Source: a virus (Duplodnaviria; Caudoviricetes). Taken from it: DNA of 64,000 bases. Shown one piece after another: positions 38,301 through 48,700 of this stretch. The stretch is from IMG/VR virus record IMGVR_UViG_2834368228_000004, positions 130,706 to 194,705 of that record; one strand, given 5' to 3'. Below the pieces are notes generated by a model. The model searched no databases, was not told the origin of the DNA, and worked only from the letters and a program-made list of their open reading frames with translations. The position numbers and the translations under genes are program-made. The stretch's first letter is position 1. Every line of letters begins with the position of its first letter.

Positions 38301-41300
38301 AAATTCTACTCCGTATTGAGCGTGGAGAAGCAACAAGTACAAGTGCAGCTGTAAACCAGGAGCATCGAGTAAATTATCGATTCAGGTTAGAGGATGATGG
38401 ACTAGTAAGATATCCAGTAGATCAATTTAAAGATCAATTAGGGGTTAATCGATTACGTTTATCTAACCTCTACCAAGAGTTTTTCCCTGTGGAATTCGAA
38501 ATTGACTATCATGTATTAGTTCCCAAAAATAAAAAGACAAGCATGCAGAGTTTGTTTTCTCGAAACTCACCAGGATCCGTTATTATCGAGCCATCTCCAG
38601 ATGCTGCATCTTGGATAATTGAGAATGGCAGATTAGTTGATAAAGCAAACAGAACACAATTTGTAGCAGCTTACAATCAAACTCATTTAGCTACGAAGGA
38701 GCATGCTACTGATTTTTCTTTCCGTACAATAGGAAATGATGATGATGTTGTAGGTGTTATTTTCCGAGTAAAGGATAAAAACAACTTCTATATGTATATA
38801 ATGGAAGGCGATGAGATTAACAGAAGTTTTGGAAGCAGATTGTCTAGTGTTCAACCAGGACCGCTTCATGAATGGAGTTTAGATCGTCCAGCTGACTTTT
38901 CTACTTTCGCTGATTATATAGCTAAAGGTGGATGGAGAGTTTACCATCAACGTGTATATCAAGTTAAAAATGGACAGAAGAAAGTAGTAGCTGAAAAGTC
39001 AACCATTATAAATAGTGGCCATGTTCTTAATTGGCAAAACAATATACGTGTAGAATCAAGCGGAAAAACAACAAATCTGTATTTTCAAACAGGAACAATT
39101 AATGAAGCTGATTGGAAGCGGGCATATCAAATAGAAACTGAATGGTCTCAAGGTGCATTTGGTGTATGTAACTTTAGTCAAAACGTTGAATTCATAGATA
39201 TTACAACAAGTGAATTGATTTCAGTCCAAGGTAAAATTTCTAACTTAAATTATACTGGTCGTCCAAGTGCAATAATGGCTAAGAATACTAGAAATTTCTG
39301 CGATAATGACGTAAGAAATTCCATGAAGCAAAATGGTTTTGCAACAACAGCAAACTATACTCCTCTGTCTTATTCAGCTAAAGTTACAAATGGTAATGGA
39401 GAAGTAAGTATATCTGCAACAGGTGAAGGACCTATTCAAGTTTACTCTTATATTGATCCATCAAAAACAATCGCTGATGTGGATTTAGTTGCTTGGACAC
39501 ATTATGAAGATTTAGAGGTGGCGCCAGTATTTGCAATATCGGCAAATGAAGATCTTAAAATTGAATTGGAAAAACCACAAGTAGAACAGAGCAAGCTGGA
39601 GTTGGAAAACTGGTATATGCGAGTAAAAAATGGACGCTTTCAGAAAAGGCTAGAGCTTCCATACTATGAGCCAGAGGAGCGAACACCTTCTATCTATGAA
39701 ACATATCCAGAGCTTAAGAAATATGCGCCCAAAAATATCGATGATGTTGAAGAGGTTATTTTAGAGTATGCTATCCCAGAGTACAGTAATCAAGAGTTTC
39801 ATGATAGACCAATTAAATTAGTCGAACGAGAAACACCGATTATTCTTAATGAGCATGCAATACAAACTAAACACCATCCAATAACATTGTTGTCGAACGA
39901 TCAAATCAGCTATGTCGAAGTTGAAGCATTCCGAAACAATCAAGCACGAACCTTGCGAATAAGGGATATCGATGCAGCCAAAGGAATTGTCTACCTAATT
40001 GACCGTATTAGAGATCAAGATGAGGTAATTATTCGATATGCTTATGACGAGCATTGGTATACTTATCGTGGATTTAATAAGGCAGAAATAGAAACAAGAC
40101 ATATTCCAACAGAGGTTCCTATACAATCCCAGGCTACGCTTGAAGTTCATGTTAAGGGAAGAAAAGAAACGATTGAAATTATAGAACCTGCTAAAAAAGT
40201 TGTTTTTGGAATCATTCAAGGTGACTTTTCACTAGTAAATATTTATCCTAATTCTGAAGGAATACGTAATTATAGAAGTCTACTGCCTCATCAATGGGAT
40301 AGAAACAGAGATGAATTCAATATTATTAATAATCATATAGACTTGTTGATTACAGGAAGATTTAGATTAGGAGCAAATGAGACAACAGGTTATCCTCACG
40401 AGTCTGTTTATACTGACTTAAAGCAATACTTCTTTGAGAAGAAGAGGAATGGAATTTATTTTGTTCCAAGATTCTTTACTGAAGGAACACAAAAAGAAGC
40501 AATTGCTAATAGAACCCTTAATGAATTTGGATTATCAGTCCATTATGTCGGTGACTATAGTTCAGAGGACGCACAGATTGAAGTTAACACAACTCATCCT
40601 CTGTTTGCAGAATACGAAGAGAGTGGGTATCCAACTGAGATTCTAGGAGACTCTGAATTTATTATTACGAATTCAAAAATTACTCCTGTGGCTTGGTCAG
40701 ATTCAACTCGTCAGCATGTAATTGGAGCTGTATATGAAGATGGAAATCAACGTGTACTCTTCTTCGTCAACGACAGTTTGAAAATTTTCAGAACAAATGA
40801 TGGTCTGAAGCCTTTCCTAGATTCATTTGTATATAACGTATTAGGAGAAACAGAGCCAACAACAATCACTCATGTTGAAGAAGATGTGAAAATATTTGGC
40901 CCTATTACTAAAAAAGATAATCAAATAGCTATAACTGAAAGATACACTGAGGAGTTTAAATCTTCTATCTTGATTGACCCTTCAAGTGTTTTCGGAAAAG
41001 AATGGGATGAATTCATTGACTATTACAGTCAACATGAATTAATCCTAACACCGACTGTATCGTATCAATCAAGTGGTGCTCCAGTAAAAACTAGAACCAT
41101 TGGTTATTCTGGAGATAGGAAGCCTATTGATAGCAGGAATATGAGGTATATGGATTCGTTTCTATTTGAAACAACTTTTATTGTTGATCCAGTACTTGAG
41201 CATAATGTCTTAAGTAATTACTTCTTTCATTTAGACTTAAACCCTAGCCCAGGACATACGCATACAATAAATACAGATGAGTTCTTTAAATGGATACCGA

Positions 41301-41905
41301 TTGATACAGATTTGCAATCGTATGAAAAAGAGGATGTAGATTCGAAAGAATTGCTTGTAAAGCCTATTCACATATACATGCGGCCTATATTTATCAGAGA
41401 TAAGGAAAATAAGATAATTGAAGGAACACAAGGTATTTCTAGCCTGCGACATACGGACCAAGGACACTTATTTGATGAAAAGGACTATAAATACGATCAC
41501 AGTATGTTTAGATTAGGAAAGGTAATCCTGCAAGCAAACTCTGACATGCAAAGAGATACTACTGTTTTAGATACACGGACTCGTGGTGGCGGATTAGATG
41601 AAGCTTTATCTCGTAAGATAATTGAAGAGGTAAATAAAGAATCACTTCATCATTGGGATATTGGATACTTTGATGGCCAAGCTTATCAAGAAAATGGAGT
41701 CATTATTATTCGTCTTCCAAAAACAATCTTAAAAAGTGAGGAAAATCCACAAGGCTTTACAGAAACGGAAGTACATGCAGCAATTCAAAAACATAAAGCC
41801 TATGGCGTTCTCCCAATTGTTGAATATTATGATCCAGAAACGTTGAGAAATGATACGTTACCAGATGACCTGGATAAAGTAAATACAGAAATTCATGAAA
41901 TATAA
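35324..41905 (+). CDS. Large virion structural protein with two thrombospondin-C-like lectin domains
   Basis: DDDVVGIVFRV..YYMFAWE and DDDVVGVIFRV..FYMYIME; C-terminal LDTRTRGGGL..WDIGYFDG; RBS AAGGAG. Confidence 0.68.
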   Translation: MANEKHIKAYQDKLEDGTYTMRIGDEVPEGDVNLAYIHTPRLDNEENIAMVNTSHIPENVIPYEQRVSLVVPDHEGKLSYAELQKGLDSIKEKPPYSLFPTKDFNLTRQFKNNRLTVEDALYYKFEIMYHYDSRIGQPNKVEKYTGDQIKLTDENGHPLSNQIKYDIYVMAMEENPHIYWVKVYLDKTTNELDTFKIRYNHIDNVTSNRDVQSAKTELELYRNQSNEIVAYGRSRQLVEGGKLRIINGNSAYEPTTREVFDSADANDEVYHLVENPTQDGYEVYVPQKAEVDPRQKRIFNYRIVAKYKDPTGVDQEVTTGYINDWLIHPNALLNHEKYEFTQDWKQLGIPYGESRLNVKDMIQIAQPIGTPTVPQEAVYEIQDAEGNLMYSTTDANDNPLVTSIIQESQNYFGAARGDGLSDDTWSNAKHPNAILKSLPIDHQVSVIAERQKTQWDYKFKVEGEGFIGVPTVYTGNWWVDANIGVYKNLSRSPINFANKTNWNTIGTSNVNDWAIKTGANGKSYLDLVKNPNDVNVAAFYQKNGPKGQNMNNAKDYEFSAKLKVEDSGDDDVVGIVFRVQGSKNYYMFAWERDALLSDDYYYSNDEYPTNVSTKPEMNEMNRILLGSGGCSAFRYDPNIQYSSPKTSNENFIFNDWNDYTEYGFGNNRKRIFKVSPRTSGSAYVGYKSAVSDRTGCSFTDITNKGYLYETEEGSKGWTQGKEYKITVVVTGDVFKVYISENPNSNDKGILVCEAKDNTYKSGSVGVSSISQQWVQWGDMTYNEMEVTTVSTNKHPVTFNSSEQVRTSEKRVTELLKEPIKQSGASNYEVFNYTAYSDYADIFLDIDENGYGYVWARTTNKSAGGTNIEPWYTGDNNLDVFGSGHVEYHEDGHFTITVNPEKLPTDKVPYFVEGFRWKEPVITKGENITIRLGDDRESVVVEASVPPITPLNKWTTIYPESIHKADGVIPIATLLEKNGIIEKLNIPKDIPIHEILLRIERGEATSTSAAVNQEHRVNYRFRLEDDGLVRYPVDQFKDQLGVNRLRLSNLYQEFFPVEFEIDYHVLVPKNKKTSMQSLFSRNSPGSVIIEPSPDAASWIIENGRLVDKANRTQFVAAYNQTHLATKEHATDFSFRTIGNDDDVVGVIFRVKDKNNFYMYIMEGDEINRSFGSRLSSVQPGPLHEWSLDRPADFSTFADYIAKGGWRVYHQRVYQVKNGQKKVVAEKSTIINSGHVLNWQNNIRVESSGKTTNLYFQTGTINEADWKRAYQIETEWSQGAFGVCNFSQNVEFIDITTSELISVQGKISNLNYTGRPSAIMAKNTRNFCDNDVRNSMKQNGFATTANYTPLSYSAKVTNGNGEVSISATGEGPIQVYSYIDPSKTIADVDLVAWTHYEDLEVAPVFAISANEDLKIELEKPQVEQSKLELENWYMRVKNGRFQKRLELPYYEPEERTPSIYETYPELKKYAPKNIDDVEEVILEYAIPEYSNQEFHDRPIKLVERETPIILNEHAIQTKHHPITLLSNDQISYVEVEAFRNNQARTLRIRDIDAAKGIVYLIDRIRDQDEVIIRYAYDEHWYTYRGFNKAEIETRHIPTEVPIQSQATLEVHVKGRKETIEIIEPAKKVVFGIIQGDFSLVNIYPNSEGIRNYRSLLPHQWDRNRDEFNIINNHIDLLITGRFRLGANETTGYPHESVYTDLKQYFFEKKRNGIYFVPRFFTEGTQKEAIANRTLNEFGLSVHYVGDYSSEDAQIEVNTTHPLFAEYEESGYPTEILGDSEFIITNSKITPVAWSDSTRQHVIGAVYEDGNQRVLFFVNDSLKIFRTNDGLKPFLDSFVYNVLGETEPTTITHVEEDVKIFGPITKKDNQIAITERYTEEFKSSILIDPSSVFGKEWDEFIDYYSQHELILTPTVSYQSSGAPVKTRTIGYSGDRKPIDSRNMRYMDSFLFETTFIVDPVLEHNVLSNYFFHLDLNPSPGHTHTINTDEFFKWIPIDTDLQSYEKEDVDSKELLVKPIHIYMRPIFIRDKENKIIEGTQGISSLRHTDQGHLFDEKDYKYDHSMFRLGKVILQANSDMQRDTTVLDTRTRGGGLDEALSRKIIEEVNKESLHHWDIGYFDGQAYQENGVIIIRLPKTILKSEENPQGFTETEVHAAIQKHKAYGVLPIVEYYDPETLRNDTLPDDLDKVNTEIHEI

Positions 41906-41925
41906 TGCCAATGTAATGCATTTCA
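41901..41925 (+). promoter_or_regulatory. -10-like box plus palindromic operator
   Basis: TATAAT at 41901-41906; TGTAATGCATTTCA at 41912-41925. Confidence 0.55.
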
Positions 41926-41958
41926 TGTTAAAATATAAAAGAAGTGAGGAGATTATAT

Positions 41959-43014
41959 ATGCCAGTTTATAGCACAAGAGAGCTAATACCATTTGTGAAT
42001 GGGTTGGAAGAAATGTTGATCAATGTGGAAAAAGAATTAAATACTTGGTCAACATCCAAAGGGGCTATTATTAATAGCATACCGAAAATCACTCAAAACA
42101 CAAATCTCTCTACCACTGCTTTAATTAAAGCAGATGAAGCTTTATCTGAAATTGGTTCTGCTACATTTGAAATTATAGCTAATAGAGGTGTGCGATTAAA
42201 AACATTAATCGATGAGTTAAGAAGCGAAATGATTGAAATAGCTAAGAATACAGAAGGCGTAGGGTCTGCATATACAGACCCTCGCATTAAAGCAGAGATT
42301 GATAATGCAGTGAGTTCTGTTGATGGTATTATATCTGATGGATTGAAATTAGACTATCGGCTGCAGAAGATTACCAAAACAGCAATGGAAGGAAAAAGTA
42401 TTGCTGAAAAAGATATGATTATTCCTACGTCACATAAAGAAGAACAAATGACTTCTAAAGAGACTCAAGCTCCTTATTTTGATGGTGTTCGATTTGTTGA
42501 GGGAGAGGTGACAGTATTAGATGAATATAAGCGCCCTATTCTTCATCCAGTAGGAGAAATCATTCACGGAACCATTGATGAATCAGGAAAAATTGCATTG
42601 AATTATATGCCTTTACAGCCTGTAGTACTTTATTATCCAATCGAAGTTGATTTCAAGGATGTACCTAAAGACATGGTGTTCTTCTTAATGGACACCTTAG
42701 TTGCAAAGAATTCAGAGTACATGCAACAGATTCTTATTTTTAGCGAGCAGCAGCAAAACGTTTTGCGTGAAATACAAGCAATGAAGGGTAAAGACTGGAC
42801 AGTTGATTTCTCCATTATGAAGAATCATCAAGACATTATTAAAGAGTCTATTACTCCGAAAGGTCTTCAAATCGAAATGGTAGATGGCCAAGCTAATTTA
42901 ACTTTCTCTTATAATGATCATCCAAATATTAGTCACTTTGAAGTAGAAAGATGGAGTGAAGAAGAGAATAAATTTGTTCCCTATGATGGGGGGCAGGGTG
43001 TTATTCAAAAATAA
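41959..43014 (+). CDS. Hypothetical virion protein
   Basis: ORF; ATG 41959 behind GAGGAG. Confidence 0.6.
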   Translation: MPVYSTRELIPFVNGLEEMLINVEKELNTWSTSKGAIINSIPKITQNTNLSTTALIKADEALSEIGSATFEIIANRGVRLKTLIDELRSEMIEIAKNTEGVGSAYTDPRIKAEIDNAVSSVDGIISDGLKLDYRLQKITKTAMEGKSIAEKDMIIPTSHKEEQMTSKETQAPYFDGVRFVEGEVTVLDEYKRPILHPVGEIIHGTIDESGKIALNYMPLQPVVLYYPIEVDFKDVPKDMVFFLMDTLVAKNSEYMQQILIFSEQQQNVLREIQAMKGKDWTVDFSIMKNHQDIIKESITPKGLQIEMVDGQANLTFSYNDHPNISHFEVERWSEEENKFVPYDGGQGVIQK

Positions 43015-43028
43015 AAGGAGTTGTAGTG

Positions 43029-43193
43029 ATGTTTATGGTCGTATTGTCTTCCAATAGGAGTTTAATTGTAAATGCTAGCTATGCTGAGATAGATAAAGAA
43101 ATTGGTGCAGTATTCTTTAAACAAGAGGATGAAGAGATTGTTTCTTTTCATAAGTTAGATAAAATAGAAGGGTTTTATAGATATCAACTATAA
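43029..43193 (+). CDS. Small hypothetical protein (54 aa, not in the ORF track)
   Basis: AAGGAG RBS, MFMVVLSSNRSLIVNA..., fills the gap before the terminator. Confidence 0.55.
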   Translation: MFMVVLSSNRSLIVNASYAEIDKEIGAVFFKQEDEEIVSFHKLDKIEGFYRYQL

Positions 43194-43203
43194 AACCAAT
43201 ATT

Positions 43204-43234
43204 AGAATAAGGCATTTTACTGCCTTATTCTTCT
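43204..43234 (+). terminator. Intrinsic terminator
   Basis: AGAATAAGGCA-TTTTAC-TGCCTTATTCT, 11-bp stem. Confidence 0.6.
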
Positions 43235-43253
43235 TACATAGAGGTGATAATAA

Positions 43254-45737
43254 ATGAGTAAGTTCTTAAATGACTTTTTAATAACCATGCCAGGTACACA
43301 AAGGAATATGCTGCTTCAATTATTGCAGGAAAAAGAAAATAACGGTTTGATTCGTTCAGACAATGAATTTAAAAAAGAGATGGAACGATTAATTGCTCAG
43401 CTAGATGAAAGTGATGGACAACCAACTTTTCAAGCCATTCATCAAGAAAATCGGACAAACTCTACAAAATATAATGCTAATCTCGAAGCCATTGCATTTG
43501 ATCTAGCAACTATTTTTGAATCATCCAATACAATTGAGCGGCTTCTAGGAAATCATCATCAGCTGTCTCGGTCATCCCTTTCAGAAATACGTAAAAAGAT
43601 AACTGACATGCGTTCTAAAGTAGAACGACTAAAACTACTTATAGATGACGAAGGCGGGTCCACAGACCGTGTGTATGAAGAATTTCAACACAATACGCTT
43701 TCTGAAGTACGTGAAGATATTTTAGAGAATTTACGGAAAGAAAGATTTGGTGAAAAAAGAGATTCTATCTTTAATGCTGAAGTAATTGGTGGCGCATTAC
43801 AACTAGCTGGCATCGAGTCTACTAACCAACTTAGGACTAATTATGGTCGAACAATTGCCAATATTAAGGTAAAGAACCGCATTGGTTTAATGGCTGATGA
43901 AAGTAATTATCCAATCGAAAATGCAATTGATGGATCTCCATACAGCTTCTGGGCTGAGTCAGTACTTGTTGATGATGTCATCGTCCAAAATATTGAACAC
44001 CTATGGAGTCATGATTATCATGATTATCCAAAGAGTGGAGCAATGTGTGAGGTCGAAATAGAATTAAATGGACTATCTACTGTGTCAGAATTGCGCTTAG
44101 ATCCTTATGCAACCTATCCATTAGAAGTAGTGAGTATTCATGGCTATGAAAATAAAAATAAAACAGGTCAGATGTATGAGCTAATTTCACCAAATCATCA
44201 AAGCCAACATCAACGGAGTAAAAATTCTGTAGAGCAAATGATATTTCAGTTTCCCTCAGTGGAAGTATCATTAATTCGCATATTAATCAGACAGCAAAAT
44301 TATACAAAAGAAAACTTTATGATAAATGAAGAAGAGTTGGGCGAATCCAAGCTATGGGATTCTTTAGCATCTAATAAAGACTTAGTAAATGATTATGCTA
44401 ATCCAGGAGAAACAGTTGCTGAGTTTGATAAAAGAAATGAAATAAATGGATGGAGTGTTTATCTTAGTAAACTAACAGAGTGGGCTGAAATATTTAGGCA
44501 AGAAGGTCTTGTTGAAGCAGCTAAGCGAGCAATGGAAGTAGTTCGGATTGGTGATTATAAAAACCCACTCCTCTTATCACTATACGCATTGGATAGTAAA
44601 GGTGATAAAGAAAAAGTAAATGACAAAAGAAGTCCATTAATGAGCGCATCATGGAAGCCTGTCAATAAACTTTCTTATTTGTATGGAGCATATGATATCA
44701 GCCTATTTGGAAGAACGTATCATCGAAGTTCTATTCATATAACTAAAGAGCTTCCGTTGTCGAGCAATGCTCACACTCTTTCTCTAACAACAGATGAAAA
44801 GCATCACTATATTTCAGTAGGGCCTGATGAAGTGGATTCCATCACGAACATGCCAATACAGAATAGCTCAAAGATTACAGATATTGAGTATTACATTACA
44901 GACAGAAAACATCCAGAAGCATCCGAATGGAAGTCAATCTTACCGGCTAATCACAAATATGTTGAAGGAGAGTTACTACTTGGCGATGATGGGTTGGATC
45001 CATGTCAAGAATTGCTTGAAGCAGGCACGATAAACTTTAGCTTAAGATTTCCTTTTGTATCAAGAGAAACACTTGTAGTGAAGCGTAATGGTGTTCCAAT
45101 GAATAGAAGCATGTACTTGCTGTGTGATAATGCACAAAAGGTTGGTATAAAACGAAATTATTATTCACCGACTAGCATTTATACAGTTGATTATAAACCA
45201 GCTGAATCGGCATACTTCATAGACCTAAAAGATGATATTGATATTGAACCTACACAGTTTATCAATGATAAGGGAGAAGTGGGAGAGAAGTTTCAATCTA
45301 TAGATCAGCATAACAAAGTAATGCTATCTCACATGCCTTATCTTCATAGGGATTATCTATATGACTACGAAGAAACATCTGGTCGTTACAGCGATAATAA
45401 AAGTGTCTTAAATGCTAGTAGTTTCACTTATCCATTGATTGTTCGAGTGCAGGGAGAAGAGTATAAAAATATTACTGATTATACAAATAATACTTACGAT
45501 CCAGACCGTTTAAAAGAAAACAATGGTAAAGCATTTGCACACATTAAAAATGAAATCATATTTGGTCATCCAACTGACAACACTCCATTGGAAAACATAA
45601 GTGTTGATTACTTTTACATGACAACTAGTGTAAGGATGAAAGCTATTTTAAGAAGAAATCACGCTGGTCATAACAGTGTTACACCAGGTCTTTTTAGTTA
45701 TAGCTTAAAGACACAATCATATGACCAAGACAGATAA
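43254..45737 (+). CDS. Virion structural protein, paralog family B
   Basis: PTF...YN...DL coiled-coil N-terminus, NAIDG..SFW discoidin-like strand, TPGLFSYSL C-terminus. Confidence 0.65.
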   Translation: MSKFLNDFLITMPGTQRNMLLQLLQEKENNGLIRSDNEFKKEMERLIAQLDESDGQPTFQAIHQENRTNSTKYNANLEAIAFDLATIFESSNTIERLLGNHHQLSRSSLSEIRKKITDMRSKVERLKLLIDDEGGSTDRVYEEFQHNTLSEVREDILENLRKERFGEKRDSIFNAEVIGGALQLAGIESTNQLRTNYGRTIANIKVKNRIGLMADESNYPIENAIDGSPYSFWAESVLVDDVIVQNIEHLWSHDYHDYPKSGAMCEVEIELNGLSTVSELRLDPYATYPLEVVSIHGYENKNKTGQMYELISPNHQSQHQRSKNSVEQMIFQFPSVEVSLIRILIRQQNYTKENFMINEEELGESKLWDSLASNKDLVNDYANPGETVAEFDKRNEINGWSVYLSKLTEWAEIFRQEGLVEAAKRAMEVVRIGDYKNPLLLSLYALDSKGDKEKVNDKRSPLMSASWKPVNKLSYLYGAYDISLFGRTYHRSSIHITKELPLSSNAHTLSLTTDEKHHYISVGPDEVDSITNMPIQNSSKITDIEYYITDRKHPEASEWKSILPANHKYVEGELLLGDDGLDPCQELLEAGTINFSLRFPFVSRETLVVKRNGVPMNRSMYLLCDNAQKVGIKRNYYSPTSIYTVDYKPAESAYFIDLKDDIDIEPTQFINDKGEVGEKFQSIDQHNKVMLSHMPYLHRDYLYDYEETSGRYSDNKSVLNASSFTYPLIVRVQGEEYKNITDYTNNTYDPDRLKENNGKAFAHIKNEIIFGHPTDNTPLENISVDYFYMTTSVRMKAILRRNHAGHNSVTPGLFSYSLKTQSYDQDR

Positions 45738-45751
45738 CAGAATAGAGGGTA

Positions 45752-48700
45752 ATGATGAGTACAAAAAACAATGATTCTAGATTGCTTTACTTGCAGGCTA
45801 GATATCACTTCGAGAAAGCAATGAAAAAGTTTGAATCTGGTCAGATAAAAAATGAGCCACAATTAATTCAAACTGTATTTCAATCATTTCAATCATTCTT
45901 CACAGAGATGGGTAAGCCACATATGATTCCACGGTATGCAGAAGAGGAAGGGCCACCGTGGAGTGAAGATTACAATAATATGATGGATGAGATAAAAGAA
46001 GACTTAATCTTACTGTTTGAAGAAATTGATATACTTGGTCGCAGCTTATACTCACATTTTAATCATAATGTTATGCAAGAAGATATTGTGGAGATGGAAT
46101 ATCAAGGAGTTTTGGATAAGCTTAAGGACTTAGAGATGTATGCTGGATATTCTCATGAAGGAGTTATACGATTTGGACGTGATGACTTTTTCAATGGATT
46201 TAAAATTGATTATGATCGAATTACAGGAGTTCCATTAGAGCTTACTTCCACAGGAGTATCCTTGCCACTCAGCAGTGAAGTTAAAAATGTTGCTGAGAGT
46301 GCTAAGATAACCATCGTCCCTGGAAATCAAAAACATGATGATTATATTATAGGATCGGATTCAAATGGGTTTCCTGGAAATAATAATGAAGTCTCTATGG
46401 TATCAGATGATTTATTAACTGGAACAACTGGATATCAATTCATTGGAAAAGATGATAATCACGGAAATTATGGCACGATTATTGATGGGAATCCGAATAC
46501 TTGGTTTGAGTACGAAAAAGTAAATTTACGAGACCACGAAAAAAGAAAAATTACTAAAAACCTTGGATGGGATTATGTTGTTCATGGAAATAAAACATTA
46601 AGATTTGCAGAGGACCCTGACAATGGAGTCCTACGTCTTCATTTACAGATTGTATTAGAGAAAGAAGAAATCATTAACCAGGTAAACTTGAATATGTATA
46701 CACCACCTAACTATGGAGCAAGACCAGCTATTGTTAAAAACATTCTAGTCTCCAATGAAACAAATGCACCTGTATCTATTTTAAGCGGAAGTAAGCAGGA
46801 TACAGACTATAGTTTTAGGTTTGATCCTATGAAAGCTAAAGTCATATCTGTACTGTTAGAACAGGAGCATAAATATTTCACAGATCTTGGACACATTTTT
46901 TATGAGCAAAAGATGAATGTAGACCGCTCAACAGACTATGTGTTTGAAACCTTATCACATAAAGTGAAAGCAGAGTATGCTCCTCGTGTTGATGGGCCAA
47001 AAGTCAATTTAGAGAGCTTAGGGGTTCAAGTTGATGTTAATGAAACAAATATTCAAGCCATATACCCATTTAAGCAAGCAGAGGAAATAGGATACTCCAT
47101 TGAGGATGTAACGAATGACTTGCTGCAACAAGTTGATGAAACCACCATTGAATCAGGGGTGGAACGGTTTGAAGGATGGAGATATTGTATTGGAATTCGA
47201 GATATAGAAATCCTGTCCTGTGAATACCAAGACCGTGGTGAGTTAGTTACAAAACCATATTACTTCGACAAGCCTGTAGAACGCATAGCTATATCAGCTC
47301 AAGAAACGATTGGAAACCTGTTAGCAAAAAACAGCATGATGAAATATAACTGGGTTAAATATTTTATTTCTATTGATGATGGTAAAGAGTGGAATCCAAT
47401 AACACCCCTTGAACATGAAATGATACCGGAAGACCCACCAAAACTATATACCATCCAGCATGTTTCTTCAGAAGATGAGATTATTGAAGAACAGTATGGA
47501 TATCTTGAGACAACACAACCTATATATTCTATGAGATTGAAAGTTGTTATCGAGCGGCCAGAGGATGAAGAGTTTGGTGTTGCAATGTTTCAAGCAAATG
47601 AAAATAGTAATGAAATACCGAATAGATATGCTAGTTCCTCATTGCAGCAGTTTAGCTTGCAAGTGCAAACATATTCGGTAGATGAGGACAATGAAGCTTC
47701 GACATTTACAGTCGATCATAGAGACTCAGGGTATGAATCTTTACCTCCGGTATTACCACCAGATGTTATTCCAACTCCACCGTCAGAGGATGTGGATGAA
47801 GATGACAGTGGCATACCCCCAGGTGGAGGATATGATCCAAGTGCTCCAAATGATCCAGTCATGATTAACTTAAATAATAATCCAGAAATATTTTGCTATG
47901 AAAGAAGTTTAAGTATTAGCGGAACAGTTACAAGCTCACTCCCTATTACGAGATTAGAATTACGTATTAATAATGAATACATTGATTTAAGCACAGTTGA
48001 AAGATATAATTTACAGCTACTTAATTATTCGTCAACAGATGAAAATTGCATAGCGTGTCAAAAGCAAGCCAGTGATGGTGTTTCTATGCAAAATCTTCAA
48101 GCATTCAACAGTAGTGATACTCAACGTGTATTTAATTGGAATATACCTTACAAGACTCTTGTAGAGTTAGGCCTTGATATTGGAGATACTGCAGCAATTC
48201 AAATCATTGCAGAAGATGAAGAAAGCATTGATACAGAAACTTTACATCTATTAGTTGAAGAGTGTCCAGAACCTGCAGAGTGCTATGAGTTGCTTTCAGT
48301 AATTATTCATTACTTCAATGAAGATGTAAATGAAATTAGAGAATTAGAGTTAGCAAAAGAACTGTTGCCATATGAGCATGATAATGGAGAGGGAGTAAAC
48401 ATCACAGTTGGTTGGGATAATGAGCTTCATGCTCCTGTAGTGATGATAACAGATGGCTATCATGAAGGAGAAAACGCATTTATCTTACACGCTGTGGGTA
48501 TTCGTTACATGGATTATGATTACGAAGAGCAAGTAATATGGTCCCAAAATATTGCAAGGAAATCAGCTGGCGTAATAAATGAAGATCTTATGTTAGGTGC
48601 TCCTGATTCCAAAGATACATCTTGGCTTCAAGAAGTCTCTCAAGGAAACTACGAATTCACACCTAGTTTAAATCGCATTAATGATTATGTCATTATGAGT

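Noticed and set aside
15243-41937. TAAAATATA before genes at 15243 and 41929 as a phage-RNAP promoter
   Set aside because: Only two copies of a short AT-only word in AT-rich DNA; not distinguishable from chance.
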